A stretch of 64,000 nt of DNA from an uncultured bacterium. GTDB lineage: Bacteria; Verrucomicrobiota; Verrucomicrobiia; Limisphaerales; UBA8199. The position numbers were made by a program, and so were the translations under genes. Location of the stretch: NCBI GenBank assembly GCA_963749495.1, contig CAVVMW010000005.1:256001-320000 (forward strand). The letters run 5' to 3'. Of this stretch, positions 33,896 to 44,502 are shown piece by piece (position 1 is the first letter of the stretch; every line of letters starts with the position of its first letter). Under the pieces are notes generated by a model. It saw only the letters and a program-made list of their open reading frames with translations. It made no database searches and was not told the DNA's origin.

Positions 33896-34167
33896 TAGAC
33901 GCGGTCCTCCCGGTCTTCGGAAATGGCTTGCGTGATGTCAGTGCCTCCGCCCGTATTGCCGCTCTCTATGAGCCGGCGCACTGATTCACTAACGAACTTG
34001 CGATGGGCGAAGTACGGGACTTCCGCCGGTTCGGCTTCCGGCAGAATTTTGGCGATCACCCGGCCGTTGTGAGTGACGCGGATTTCGCCATGCCGGGAGG
34101 CTTGCCGGACAAGTTCACCCGTCCGGCTGTGGAGTTCTCTAATCGTTATTGTTTTCACGTGCCACAA
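33895..34167 (-). CDS. Phd/YefM-family antitoxin
   Basis: [36 protein letters not shown]. Confidence 0.8.
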   Translation of the reverse strand: MWHVKTITIRELHSRTGELVRQASRHGEIRVTHNGRVIAKILPEAEPAEVPYFAHRKFVSESVRRLIESGNTGGGTDITQAISEDREDRV

Positions 34168-34292
34168 TGTGACACACCCAGGGCAAGGGCGTCAATTCCA
34201 CAACCCCACGGCTGGCGGTCGTCCGTTACAGCACCGATGCCCCATCGCGCATCGCATTCTCGCCGGAGAGCACAAGACCTTCATCACCACCA

Positions 34293-34338
34293 CAGCGCTG
34301 AGTACAGGCGGGCGCGCGAAAAGCAATTTCCTATCAGT
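34293..34338 (+). repeat. Repeat element, copy 2 (uninterrupted intron target)
   Basis: cagcgctgagtacaggcgggcgcgcgaaaagcaatttcctat|cagt. Confidence 0.9.
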
Positions 34339-34370
34339 GGCGCCACCCGCGAGTTGGTGCCATGTTGGCG

Positions 34371-37118
34371 CTACTTCAGTTCGATCTGGGTGGAGGCGGT
34401 GGTCAGGCCCTCGGACTTGGCCGTCACGGTGATAATCCCGGCCTGTCCGCGCTTCGCCTTCAGGATGGCCAGGGCCAAGCCGTTGAAGGCCTTGCGTTCC
34501 TTCGAGGAAAAGGCCACGAGGTCGGTGGCGTCGCCGTTGTCGGTGGCGACGATCTCGCCGGGACCGGAAATCTCGAAGGTGATCGGGTTCTTGGAACGCG
34601 GGACCATCAGGCCGTCCTTGTCGGCAACGGTGAGCGTGACGAAGGAAAGGTCGTGGCCGTCGCCGGCGATGGCGGCACGGTCAGGCTTGAGGAACAACTG
34701 CGTGGCGGCCCCGGTGGTCTTGACGGTGTCGGTGGCCCATTCCTTGCCGGCCTTGTAGGCGACGACCTTGAGTTCGCCGGGAGTGCAGGCTGCGTCATCC
34801 CAGCGGATGCGGTACGCCGGCTGGCCATTGATCTGTTGGTTGACGGAGCCTTCGAAGATCTTCTTCTTGCGGCCCAGCGACTTGCCGTTGAGGAAGAGCT
34901 CGGCCTCGTCGCCGGAGGTGTAAACATGGACGGGCGTGACCTGACCGGCGCGATCCGGCCAGTTCCAGTGCGGCAGAATGTGGGCCATTGGGAAATCGGG
35001 ACGCCACTGGGCCTGGTAGCAGTAGAAGCGATCTTTGGGGAAGCCCGCCAGGTCAATGATGCCGAAGTAGGAGGAGCGCGAGGGGTCGCCGCCGCCGCCC
35101 CAGGGGGTGGGTTCTCCGATGTAGTCAAAGCCGGTCCAGACAAACTCGCCGGCGACGGCGGCGGAGTGGTCCTGGCCGTAGAATTCGTGGTCGGGGGAGG
35201 TGGCCCAGCTTGGATAGTACAGGTCGTAGGAACTCATCTGGTGGCTCGCGTTATCCTGGCTGACCGGCGGGGTTGTGCCGGTGGTGCCGCCGCGTCCGCC
35301 GCGTCCAGTGATCGAACCGAAGCCCGGTCCAACCACCGGGAAGAAATACTCGCCCCGGGAGGAGATGGTGGAGGCCGATTCAGTGCTGAAGAAGAACTGG
35401 GCGGGGTAACTCTGGTGGAAACTGATGTAGTTGTCGGGCTTGTAGTTGAAGCCCATGGCGTCGAGCAGAGTGCTGAAACCATTCCGCGCGGCCTCGGCGC
35501 CGTTGCACGCGGCGGTGACGGGGCGTGTGGGGTCTTCAGAATGCACAATCGCGGCGAGTTCCTTGGCGATGGCAGAGTTGGCGCCCTGGCTCTGTTCGGC
35601 GATCTCATTGCCGATGCTCCAGGCGAAAACGCTGGGGTGGTTGCGATCCCGGCGGACGAGCGCGCGTTGATCCTGTTCATGCCACATGTTGAAGAGGTTG
35701 GCGCCGCCGTAGTCATTGGCGCGCTTGGTGCTGCCCCACGTGTCGAAGGATTCATCCAGGACCATCATGCCGTAGCGGTCGGCCAGGTCGAGGAGTTCCG
35801 GCGTGGGGGGATTGTGGCTGGTGCGGATGGCGTTGCAGCCCATGTCCTTGAGCATCTCGACTTGGCGCTGCAGGGCGCGGAAGTTGATTGCGGTGCCCAG
35901 GGCGCCCAGATCGTGGTGATCGCAGACGCCGTTGAGTTTGACGTGCTCGCCGTTGACGAACAGGCCCGCGTTGGGGTCGTATTTGAAGGTGCGGATGCCG
36001 AAGGGAGTCTCGTAGGAATCAACCACCGCGCCATTCTGGGTCACGGTGGTGACGGCCACGTAGCGGTTGGGGGTCTTGGGGCTCCAGAGCTTGGGATTGG
36101 CCAAGGATGTTTTGGTGTCAACCGAAGCGCTCTTCCCCGCGGCCACCGGGGTGTTGATGGCCGCGATGGAAGCCACAGCCGCACCGGTGCGCTGCCCGTT
36201 GGCATCCAGGGCGAAGATCTGCGTGGCCACGCTGACGTTCACGTCCGCCTTGGCTTTATTGTCAACCGTGACCTTCAGCGTCACGGCAGCGTTGCTGGCC
36301 GTGACCTCCGGCGTGGTGACGAACGTCCCCCACTGCGCGATGTGAACCGGCGCGGTCTTGGTCAGCCAGACGTTGCGGTAGATGCCGCCGCCGGGATACC
36401 ACCGTGACGACCTGGATGGATTGTCCAGGCGGATGGCCAGGACGTTGTCCGCGCCGGTTTTGACGCAGGGCGTCAGGTCCACGCGCCAGGAGGTGTAGCC
36501 ATAGGGCCAGCCGCCCACGATCTGGCCGTTGCACCAGACGGTCGTGTACGACATCGAGCCGTCGAGATCGAGGAATATCTGTTTGCCGGCGTCGCCGGCG
36601 GGGATGGACAGATGCTTGCGATACCAGGCGACGCCGAAGAACGGCAAACGCCCCATAGCGCCGTCCGAGCCGGCCTGGCCGGGCGGAATGAAGGCGCCGT
36701 TGACGCCGAAGTCGTGGGGCAGATCTAGTTGACGCCAGTCGGCGTCGCTGAATGTGGGGGCGACGTAAGTGATGGCGCCGCCGAAGTTGCCGTCGGGTTT
36801 GACGTAGCGCTTGGCGGGATCGGCGATGAAATCGTTGCCCGTCGGCAGGATGTAAGCGGCAATCCCGCTGGTGGGGACCGCGCCCCTTCCGCGGGGATAG
36901 GCGAGAATATCGGCGATGCCGGCGGGGTCGTCCTTCGTGAACCGCCAGTCATCGTTGATCGAAATGCGTTCGCGCGGCGAAGTGGGGGCAACGGCGGCCA
37001 TAACGACTCCCGTTTGCAGCACGACCACTGCGACGCTGGCTGCCAGCAGCAGCGAGGTGCGGCCAAAGGTTGACAGGCTGAGGTTTGTGGGCTTCATGAA
37101 TTCGTTTTTCGTTCTCAT
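34371..37118 (-). CDS. GH2 beta-galactosidase, secreted
   Basis: LDLPHD, SRWYPGGGIYRNV, HHDLGALG, NAIRTSHNP, WSIGNE, WTGFDYIGEPTP. Confidence 0.92.
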   Translation of the reverse strand: MRTKNEFMKPTNLSLSTFGRTSLLLAASVAVVVLQTGVVMAAVAPTSPRERISINDDWRFTKDDPAGIADILAYPRGRGAVPTSGIAAYILPTGNDFIADPAKRYVKPDGNFGGAITYVAPTFSDADWRQLDLPHDFGVNGAFIPPGQAGSDGAMGRLPFFGVAWYRKHLSIPAGDAGKQIFLDLDGSMSYTTVWCNGQIVGGWPYGYTSWRVDLTPCVKTGADNVLAIRLDNPSRSSRWYPGGGIYRNVWLTKTAPVHIAQWGTFVTTPEVTASNAAVTLKVTVDNKAKADVNVSVATQIFALDANGQRTGAAVASIAAINTPVAAGKSASVDTKTSLANPKLWSPKTPNRYVAVTTVTQNGAVVDSYETPFGIRTFKYDPNAGLFVNGEHVKLNGVCDHHDLGALGTAINFRALQRQVEMLKDMGCNAIRTSHNPPTPELLDLADRYGMMVLDESFDTWGSTKRANDYGGANLFNMWHEQDQRALVRRDRNHPSVFAWSIGNEIAEQSQGANSAIAKELAAIVHSEDPTRPVTAACNGAEAARNGFSTLLDAMGFNYKPDNYISFHQSYPAQFFFSTESASTISSRGEYFFPVVGPGFGSITGRGGRGGTTGTTPPVSQDNASHQMSSYDLYYPSWATSPDHEFYGQDHSAAVAGEFVWTGFDYIGEPTPWGGGGDPSRSSYFGIIDLAGFPKDRFYCYQAQWRPDFPMAHILPHWNWPDRAGQVTPVHVYTSGDEAELFLNGKSLGRKKKIFEGSVNQQINGQPAYRIRWDDAACTPGELKVVAYKAGKEWATDTVKTTGAATQLFLKPDRAAIAGDGHDLSFVTLTVADKDGLMVPRSKNPITFEISGPGEIVATDNGDATDLVAFSSKERKAFNGLALAILKAKRGQAGIITVTAKSEGLTTASTQIELK

Positions 37119-37209
37119 CTATCACTGGCACATCGTATCAAGACCGTCCGGTTCGTCAACTGTCCGAAAACTCGAACGACGTTGAACGACCTGGAACGCT
37201 TGTGACGCG

Positions 37210-37415
37210 TCGAGCGGTGGTTTCAACCGCCTGTTCCGGTTTATCACCGGCGGAAACGAGGCGAAGCAGAAGATTGCCATGACGACGCCGGTGTTGATGT
37301 CCGGGTTCGCTGACCGGGTGCGCTGTCACTGGCTTTGGGCCAGTCCGTTACCGGCGGCCCTCGATTCGGTCAAGTCTGGCCCGCTGTTCTGCGGCGGCAT
37401 CACGGCATTCAAACC
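37210..37415 (+). pseudogene. Fused scraps: SOUL heme-binding fragment plus Zn-alcohol dehydrogenase (Ahr-like) fragment
   Basis: GGFNRLFRFITGGNEAKQKIAMTTPVLM joined in frame to GFADRVRCHWLWASPLP..GPLFCGGIT. Confidence 0.6.
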
Positions 37416-37545
37416 GGCAGCTTTCGCCGCTCGACATCCACCTGCCCGCCTGGCAGCATGGGGCCAGTATGAGCGCGACCGAAAACCAACTCTCCCTCAC
37501 CCGTGCAGCGTCAATGAAAGAGCGGAGCGAAAAAAGGAAATTCTT

Positions 37546-38583
37546 GTGAATAATCTGCGTCCGATGAGACTGGCGGCTTTTCTGTGGACTCTGGCTTTGA
37601 CCGCATTCGGGCAGCACTCGGCTCGTCAGCAGGGGGACGTTGTTCGCCTCGAGGACGCCAAGAGCCAAACGGTGGTTTCCGTGATGCCCTCACATGGCAA
37701 CAACGCCTTCGAGATGAAGGTAAAGGGGAAGAATGTGCTGCAATTCCCCTTCGCCTCGGCCGCTGAATTCAAGCGCCGGGGAGGCTTGAGCGGCATTCCC
37801 TTCCTGGCCCCGTGGGCCAACCGGCTCGACGAAATGGCGTTCTACGCGAATGGGAAGAAGTATCTGCTCAACGCGGGATTGGGCAATGTCCGGGGTCCCA
37901 TCCCCATCCATGGGTTCCTCACGACGGCCCCGTGGGAGGTGGTGGAGGTCAAAGCCGACCAGGAGGCCGCATGGGTGACCAGCCGGATCGAGGTTTACCG
38001 GCAGCCCGACTGGATGGCGCAATTTCCGTTCGCCCACACCATCGAAATGACCTGCCGATTGACGGACGGCACCCTCGAGGTGGCGGTAAAGCTCAACAAC
38101 CTGAGCGCCGCGCCCATGCCGGTGGCCATTGGATTTCATCCCTACTTTCAGGTCAACGACGCTCCGCGCGACGATTGGACGTTTTCGGTCGGAGCGAAAA
38201 CGCATTGGATCGCCACGCGAAACATCCCGACGGGAGAGACGCAGCCGATCGAGAAGGTGATTCCCAATCCCAAGGGCGGGTCGCTAAAGGGCATGAAGCT
38301 CGACGACGTGTTCGGGGACTTGATCCGGGACCCGTCCGGCAAGGCGACCATGTGGGTCCAAGGCAAATCCGAGAGGGTGGAAGTCGCGTTCGGCCCGAAA
38401 TACCACGCGGCTGTGGTGTGGTTTCCGGCTGGATCCAGGCAAGACTTCATCTGTTTTGAGCCGATGGCCGGAATCACCGACTCGATGAACCTGGCGCAGA
38501 AGGGCCTCTATAAGGATCTGCAATACATCCCGCCGGGCCAGAGCTGGCAGGAGAGCTTCTGGATCAAGCCCAGCGGTTTCTGA
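37546..38583 (+). CDS. Aldose 1-epimerase family protein
   Basis: GIPFLAPWANR, IHG, FPFAH, GFHPYF, ICFEPM. Confidence 0.88.
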   Translation: MNNLRPMRLAAFLWTLALTAFGQHSARQQGDVVRLEDAKSQTVVSVMPSHGNNAFEMKVKGKNVLQFPFASAAEFKRRGGLSGIPFLAPWANRLDEMAFYANGKKYLLNAGLGNVRGPIPIHGFLTTAPWEVVEVKADQEAAWVTSRIEVYRQPDWMAQFPFAHTIEMTCRLTDGTLEVAVKLNNLSAAPMPVAIGFHPYFQVNDAPRDDWTFSVGAKTHWIATRNIPTGETQPIEKVIPNPKGGSLKGMKLDDVFGDLIRDPSGKATMWVQGKSERVEVAFGPKYHAAVVWFPAGSRQDFICFEPMAGITDSMNLAQKGLYKDLQYIPPGQSWQESFWIKPSGF

Positions 38584-38639
38584 GACGCGCGACTCCGTGA
38601 CCCGACGCCGGAACCGGAATTGCTTAAGCTCGCATCAGC

Positions 38640-39100
38640 ACTTATGGGGACCTCACCTCCTAAACAAATCACTGTTCGCCTGGCTGCCGTGGCCTTGCTT
38701 GGTGGCCTGCTCGCCGGCGCCAGAACGGGCAGGGCCGCCGAACCGGCCAGCACCGCCAAACTGCAACAGGCTTTCGTCCAGCCGGCAGCGACGCGGCACT
38801 GATAACACGGCATGAAAGTTTGGATTGAGGGTGACTGCGGTTATCCCGACGGCTTCGCCGGCGGGCTGATCAGCAAGGACTATCCACAGTTGGGCATGCA
38901 AGGCATCCTCGCCGACGCGCGCTGCACAGTCGCCGCCGGCCAGACGCTCGATATTCCGCTGCCCGTTGATACACTGGGCATCCTGGCCTATCCGCGCCCC
39001 GAGGCAGCGGCGCCGGCTGCGGACACGCCTGCGCGGACGGTCAAGCAGTTCCCTCTGCCGGCCGACGGAAACTTGTCGTCCGGATCAATGGCCAGACGCT
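38640..39100 (+). pseudogene. Fragments of a GH106-like secreted glycosidase
   Basis: Signal peptide, LQQAFVQP, then GMKVWIEGDCGYPDGFAGG; short and interrupted. Confidence 0.45.
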
Positions 39101-39192
39101 CTCCGACACCCCGCCCATTTTCATGCTCAGGTCATTTCGTGCTGCGTTCTTGGTGATCATTTCGACACTGTTGCGTTTCCTGGGTTCCAGCG

Positions 39193-39314
39193 TCTCATTA
39201 GCACCCCGCTTCAGCGGGGTGTCAGACGCTCCTGGCGCCAGGGGAGCCGTTTCAACGGCTTCTAGGGCTCCCGCTCGACCTGAACACCGGGCTGGAAGCC
39301 CGGTGCTAATGAGA
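39193..39314. repeat. REP doublet family C
   Basis: tctcattagcaccccgcttcagcggggtg ... caccgggctggaagcccggtgctaatgaga, with internal gccgtttcaacggc. Confidence 0.85.
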
Positions 39315-39346
39315 GGAGATTTGCGAGGGAATTCAGCATTGTGGAG

Positions 39347-41285
39347 TTACTCAGCGGCAAAAACGCGAAACGAATGAGCTGGAACGGGCACCTCGAATGA
39401 GGTGCCCGCGCCGGCGCCGCCAAATCCGCCGCGCCCGCCACGGCCAGCGCGGTTCTCGGACCCGGCGAGGGTCTCGCCGGACAGCAGGTCGTGCAGCCGG
39501 GTGGCGCGGAGAACCGAGACGCGCGCACTCACCGGCTGTGGCCGGAAGTTCTGGACGATAAGCGTGTGGTTGTCGTAGGCGAAGAGGCTGACGTGATCGG
39601 GCGCGTCGAGGCTGACGAACACATCGCGGCCAAGCAGGGTTCGAATCTGATTCAGGATGCTCTGAGGCAGGCGATAGAGATCGGCGAAATCGTCAGGGAT
39701 GGCCAATACGGAGAACGTGCCTTGGCCGTAGGTGGCCGAGACGGCCATGGGATAGCCGGAGAGGGCGGTGTTGAAGTTAATGGCAAGCCGGTTGTCGTTC
39801 TCGAAGCGGCGGATTTGAGGAAGGAGGATGTTCAAGTCGGGTTCGGAAGCTGTGGCTGCTCCGCCGCCACGGCCACTGCTGAAGCGCGTGGCAATGACGC
39901 GGCGGCCGGCGACCTGGATCTCGGCGATGTCCTGAAAACCTCTGTCACCGAGCGCCTCGATTAAACCCGTGGTGGCGATGACATGACCGCCGGCTTGCAC
40001 GAATTTCTTGACCTTCGGGACGAGGTCTTTGTCGTAACTCGATGCCGCCGTGAGGAAGATGGCGGGGGCGTTGGCAGGGAATTCAGGAACCAGGTCAATG
40101 GGAACGCCGATCATGCCCAGGTAGTTGGGAAGATACGGTTCACCGACCGAGTTGCAGGGCTTGTAGGTGGCGACGCCGATGGGCTTGGCGAGCTTGCCGA
40201 GGAAGCGGTCGAGCAACTCGGCAGAGTAGCCGGCGATTCGAGCGACCATGTTGGGCGAGTAGCTCGAGCCGTCGGGCTGTGGGATGGGCGCCCTGAGTTT
40301 GGCGATGTTCAGGCTGGCGTTGGCATCCGGCTCGCCTCCCCGGTTGCCGGCGTTCAGGCCGGCCATGATTTGCATCGAATTGAAGAGGGTGATTTCGGGA
40401 ACTTTTGCAAAGAACGTGTCCCACATTTGCTCGGCGTAACGTTCCACATCCCGGCCACCGTCAATCCAGCCGCCCTGGTTGCCGCTGGGCTTGATGTTGT
40501 TGAAGTACCGGGTCTGAAGGTAGCTCTGGTAGGATTGAAGGCGCTGGCCGGAATTGGCGTCGCGCGTCTCTGTGCCGGTGTAGATGGCATCGTACAGCTT
40601 CGGCTCGACCGCGAGGTCGTAGCCCAGGCCCTGGAAGCTCTCGTACCAGTTCGGGTACTTGATGATGATCCTCACCTTGGGGTTAATCGCCTTGGCCGGG
40701 CCGATGATGAGGTCCCTCGATACGTCGTCCAATTGTTCGGTCCGGAACCGGGTCCAGCTCTTGTCGCCCTTGGCGGCGATGCACCGGTCGCATTTGCAGT
40801 TCGAGAAAAAGAAGTCGTCCAGAATGATCTCGTCGAAGTGCCGGGCGGTGAATTCGGTCATTGCCTTGACCTTCTCGCGGTCGGCCGTGGTGCTGTAGCA
40901 GTAGGACTGGAACCCGTTGGGTTCATTGGCGGTCAGGCCCAGGCCGGCGGAGGTTTTGATTCCCCTGTCGCCGAAAAACTTCTTCATCGTGGTCACATCG
41001 GACTCGGTGGCCAGTTGGGCATTGCGCGTAGTCTCGAGATAGAACCTTGTCCACCCGGACCTGCTTTTCCACGTTCGCCCATTGGTTGGAAAAACGGTCG
41101 AGGTTGGCCGGAATGGAGTGCACCTCCTGGTAGCGGAAATAGACGGCGATGCTGAGGTTAGTGTAGCCGCCGGCCTGGGCTGCAGCCATGGACAGGATCA
41201 GCGCCAGGAGAACAAACCGGCAAGCCGTGTTCGAGTGCCCAGCTAATTTTGAACCGAACTCTAGTTCAGTAGGCATGCTTTTCAT
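39347..41285 (-). CDS. Secreted hypothetical protein, glycoside-hydrolase-like; frameshift near 41040
   Basis: Signal peptide in 40923-41285; FDEIILDDFFF and IKYPNWYE in 39347-40996. Confidence 0.65.
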
Positions 41286-41433
41286 GGGTTGGTCTTCAAG
41301 TTGGTTTTATTGATGAAACAGGGTGAGTAGGCGCCGAGCATGAGGCACAGGACCCGGGGGGCTGAGCCGAAATTGAGACCCCAGTCGGTTTCGTGGTCTT
41401 TAGTCTTTCGATGCCACATCTTAATAACCTCTA

Positions 41434-41460
41434 TCCCGCACGACCGTTCAAAAGCTGACA
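41434..41460 (-). promoter_or_regulatory. Putative ECF-sigma promoter motif, copy 1
   Basis: TGTCAGCTTTTGAACGGTCGTGCGGGA; same spacing as three other copies. Confidence 0.55.
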
Positions 41461-41625
41461 GGAATTGTTGACATGTCGATACTTGATTCTGCGGTTGAGA
41501 ACCCCCGGCGAGCGCCCAGCACCGAGGCCCCCGGCCCGTCCGGGGGCACTTTCTGTGGGACAACGGCGGCCCAACCGCGTAAATTATGCTTTGATTTCAG
41601 CAGCCGTTTGACTACTCTGCAAGCC

Positions 41626-44502
41626 ATGCCACGTCAGCGAAAGACCAACGCGGCGCCCAAAGACGCCCAGTCCTATCGATACCCGGAGGCGGATCTGGCC
41701 GCCAGGCCGGAGATCGGCGCGCAGGCCCATTTCAAGAAGGCCAAAGCCCCCGCCGCTTACCGCTTCGATTCCTCGCTCGCGCCGGCACTCGAGTGGGACG
41801 GGCAGAACCCCTCCCGCGAGCAGGGCGAGGCGCTAATACGCGAACTGACGGATTGCGGGATGAAGCTCGCTGAGCTCGCCAAACAGCCCGCTGCGCCCGA
41901 ACGGGACCGCCAAATTGCCGAATTGCGCGCCCGGGTCCGCGCCGCCGAGTCGTCCCTGCGCAAAATCAGCGGCCCCTTCCTCAACTGGTCCGGCAAGGCC
42001 GAGCGCCTCAGCTTCGACGTGCCCACCCTCCCGCTCTTTGTCCACGAGCGCCTCTCCACCAAGGCCATCCTCGAAACGCTCAAAGGCCACAAGCGGGACA
42101 AGCAGGACGATTTCCTCGACGCCCTGTACGGGTTTCAGGAGCGTCCGCTCGCCGACCAACTCCTGCGCGCCTACGAATACCGCGACAATTGGGTCAACCG
42201 CCTCATCCTCGGCGATTCGCTCGTGGTGATGAACTCGCTCCTCCGCTACGAATCTCTCGGCGGCCAGGTGCAGATGATCTATATGGACCCGCCCTACGGC
42301 GTGAAGTTCGGCTCCAACTTTCAGCCCTTCGTCCGCAAACGCGACGTCTCCCACAACGACGACGCCGACCTGACCCGCGAGCCGGAGATGGTCCAGGCCT
42401 ACCGCGACACCTGGGAACTGGGCCTCCACTCCTATCTCACCTACCTGCGCGACCGCCTCCTGCTCGCACGCGAACTCCTCGCCCCCAGCGGCAGCATCTT
42501 CGTCCAAATCTCCGACGAAAACCTCCACCACGTCCGGGAAGTTATGGATGAGGTGTTCGGGGCGGAAAACTTCATCGTCACCATTCTGTTGAAAAAGAAG
42601 GGTGGACAGAAAGGTGGAACGCTTGACCCGATCAACGACTACATACTTTGGTTCGCCAAGGATCGCGAGAAGGCCAGGTCTCGAATCAAAAAGCTCTTCG
42701 TGCAGATTCCGGAGGAGGAACTAGCCAATTCATTTCGGTACGTCGAGTTGCCTGGTGGCGAAGAAGTCACGCTCACTGACCTGGGTAAGCGTGACGAACA
42801 GAGCTACCGTTCGCATCTGGGCCGCCTCTTTGAAAAACATCCAGACGCGAGGCTCTTCGCCTCTGAAAACCTGACTAGCGGTGGGTTCCGCCGGACGCAG
42901 AGCGTGGTTTACAGGTATCGCGGCGTTGCGTTCGACCCAGGCATCGAGAAGGGAAACTGCTGGAAGCATAGTGCTGTCACCGACGACGGCTCTGATTCAG
43001 GCATGGATCGCCTGGCAAAGGCGAAACGTCTCTTTATCGGTGAGAAGCAACTTCGTTACAAGCGATACGCGAGCGACTTTGGTTACTCGGAGGTAACAAA
43101 CTGGTGGGATGAATTCGGTGGAGCTTCCGACCCGCTTTATGTCGTGCAGACCAACCACGAAGTCATCAAGCGTTGTTTACTGATGACCACAGACCCGGGA
43201 GATTTGGTTCTCGATCCAACTTGCGGCAGCGGGACGACCGCGTTTGTGTCCGAGCAATGGGGTCGCCGTTGGATAACCTGTGACGCTAGCCGCGTGCCGC
43301 TCGCCCTCGCCCGCCAACGCCTCCTCACCGCCACATTTGATTACTACCAATTAAAGGACGATTCGAGAGGCCCGGCCGGCGGCTTCGTCTATGAACGCCG
43401 GCAGAATCAGAAGGGCGAGGAAGCCGGGGGCGTTGTTCCACACATCACCTCCAGTACCGTTGCCAACAACGAACCTACCACCCAGGAGGTGCTGGTGGAT
43501 CGTCCCGAGATCGCCAAGGGTGTCGTCCGCGTGAGCGGCCCGTTTTCGTTCGAGGCCACCATTCCGACCGCCGAGGGGTTGGACACCGAACCGGAGACCC
43601 CCGGCGTCCAGGGCGAACAATACGAGAGCTACGTGCAGCGGATGCTGGAAGTCCTGCGGCGCGCGCCAGTGCTGCGTCTTCCCGGCAACCAGACCGTGAC
43701 GTTGAAGAAGATCCGCCCGCCCGCCAAGACACTGGCCTTGAGCGCGGAGGCGGTCGTGGACAAGCCCAGCCTGGCCAACCTCGCTGACGATGCGTCCAAA
43801 CAGCCCGCCCTCACCCGCGACACCGACGCCGTGGCGATACTGTTCGGCCCGGAAAACGGCCCGTTGAGCGAGCGCCTGGTGCGCGAAGCATGGGACGAAG
43901 CGGGCTTGAAACACTACATGCACCTTTACGTCATCGGGTTCGCCATTGACCCGAAGGCGCGGCAGTTCATTGACAGCGCCGCGAAGATCGGCCTTCCCTG
44001 CACCTACCTGCAAGCGACGATGGACCTGCAAATGGGCGACCTGCTCAAGCACATGCGCAGCAGCCAGATCTTCAGCGTCTGCGGTTTGCCGGATGTCCAA
44101 GTGTCCAAAGTCCAAAGTCCAGAGCCCAAAGCCACCGCCAAGGAGCAGGCGTCACATTACGCGGAGCAACAATGGCAGGTCGAGTTGCTGGGGCTCGACA
44201 CCTTCGACCCGGTGACGATGGAAGCCGACCACCTGAAAGCAGCCGACGTGCCCGCGTGGTTCCTGGACACGGATTATAACGGCATGGTTTTCCGGGTGCG
44301 GCAGGCGTTTTTCCCCCGCACCGGCGCCTGGGAAAACCTCAAGAAGGCCTTGCGGGTAGAATTCGAGGACACGGTCTGGGACCACCTTGCCGGGACGACC
44401 AGCGCCCCATTTGCCGCCGGCGAGCACGGCCAGATCGCGGTGAAGGTGATTGACCCGCGCGGCAACGAGCTGCTGGTGGTGAAGAAGCTGGAGAACGTAT
44501 GA
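41626..44502 (+). CDS. Type III R-M methyltransferase (Mod)
   Basis: NRLILGDSL, IYMDPPYG, DPTCGSGTT, IAVKVIDPRGNE. Confidence 0.9.
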   Translation: MPRQRKTNAAPKDAQSYRYPEADLAARPEIGAQAHFKKAKAPAAYRFDSSLAPALEWDGQNPSREQGEALIRELTDCGMKLAELAKQPAAPERDRQIAELRARVRAAESSLRKISGPFLNWSGKAERLSFDVPTLPLFVHERLSTKAILETLKGHKRDKQDDFLDALYGFQERPLADQLLRAYEYRDNWVNRLILGDSLVVMNSLLRYESLGGQVQMIYMDPPYGVKFGSNFQPFVRKRDVSHNDDADLTREPEMVQAYRDTWELGLHSYLTYLRDRLLLARELLAPSGSIFVQISDENLHHVREVMDEVFGAENFIVTILLKKKGGQKGGTLDPINDYILWFAKDREKARSRIKKLFVQIPEEELANSFRYVELPGGEEVTLTDLGKRDEQSYRSHLGRLFEKHPDARLFASENLTSGGFRRTQSVVYRYRGVAFDPGIEKGNCWKHSAVTDDGSDSGMDRLAKAKRLFIGEKQLRYKRYASDFGYSEVTNWWDEFGGASDPLYVVQTNHEVIKRCLLMTTDPGDLVLDPTCGSGTTAFVSEQWGRRWITCDASRVPLALARQRLLTATFDYYQLKDDSRGPAGGFVYERRQNQKGEEAGGVVPHITSSTVANNEPTTQEVLVDRPEIAKGVVRVSGPFSFEATIPTAEGLDTEPETPGVQGEQYESYVQRMLEVLRRAPVLRLPGNQTVTLKKIRPPAKTLALSAEAVVDKPSLANLADDASKQPALTRDTDAVAILFGPENGPLSERLVREAWDEAGLKHYMHLYVIGFAIDPKARQFIDSAAKIGLPCTYLQATMDLQMGDLLKHMRSSQIFSVCGLPDVQVSKVQSPEPKATAKEQASHYAEQQWQVELLGLDTFDPVTMEADHLKAADVPAWFLDTDYNGMVFRVRQAFFPRTGAWENLKKALRVEFEDTVWDHLAGTTSAPFAAGEHGQIAVKVIDPRGNELLVVKKLENV

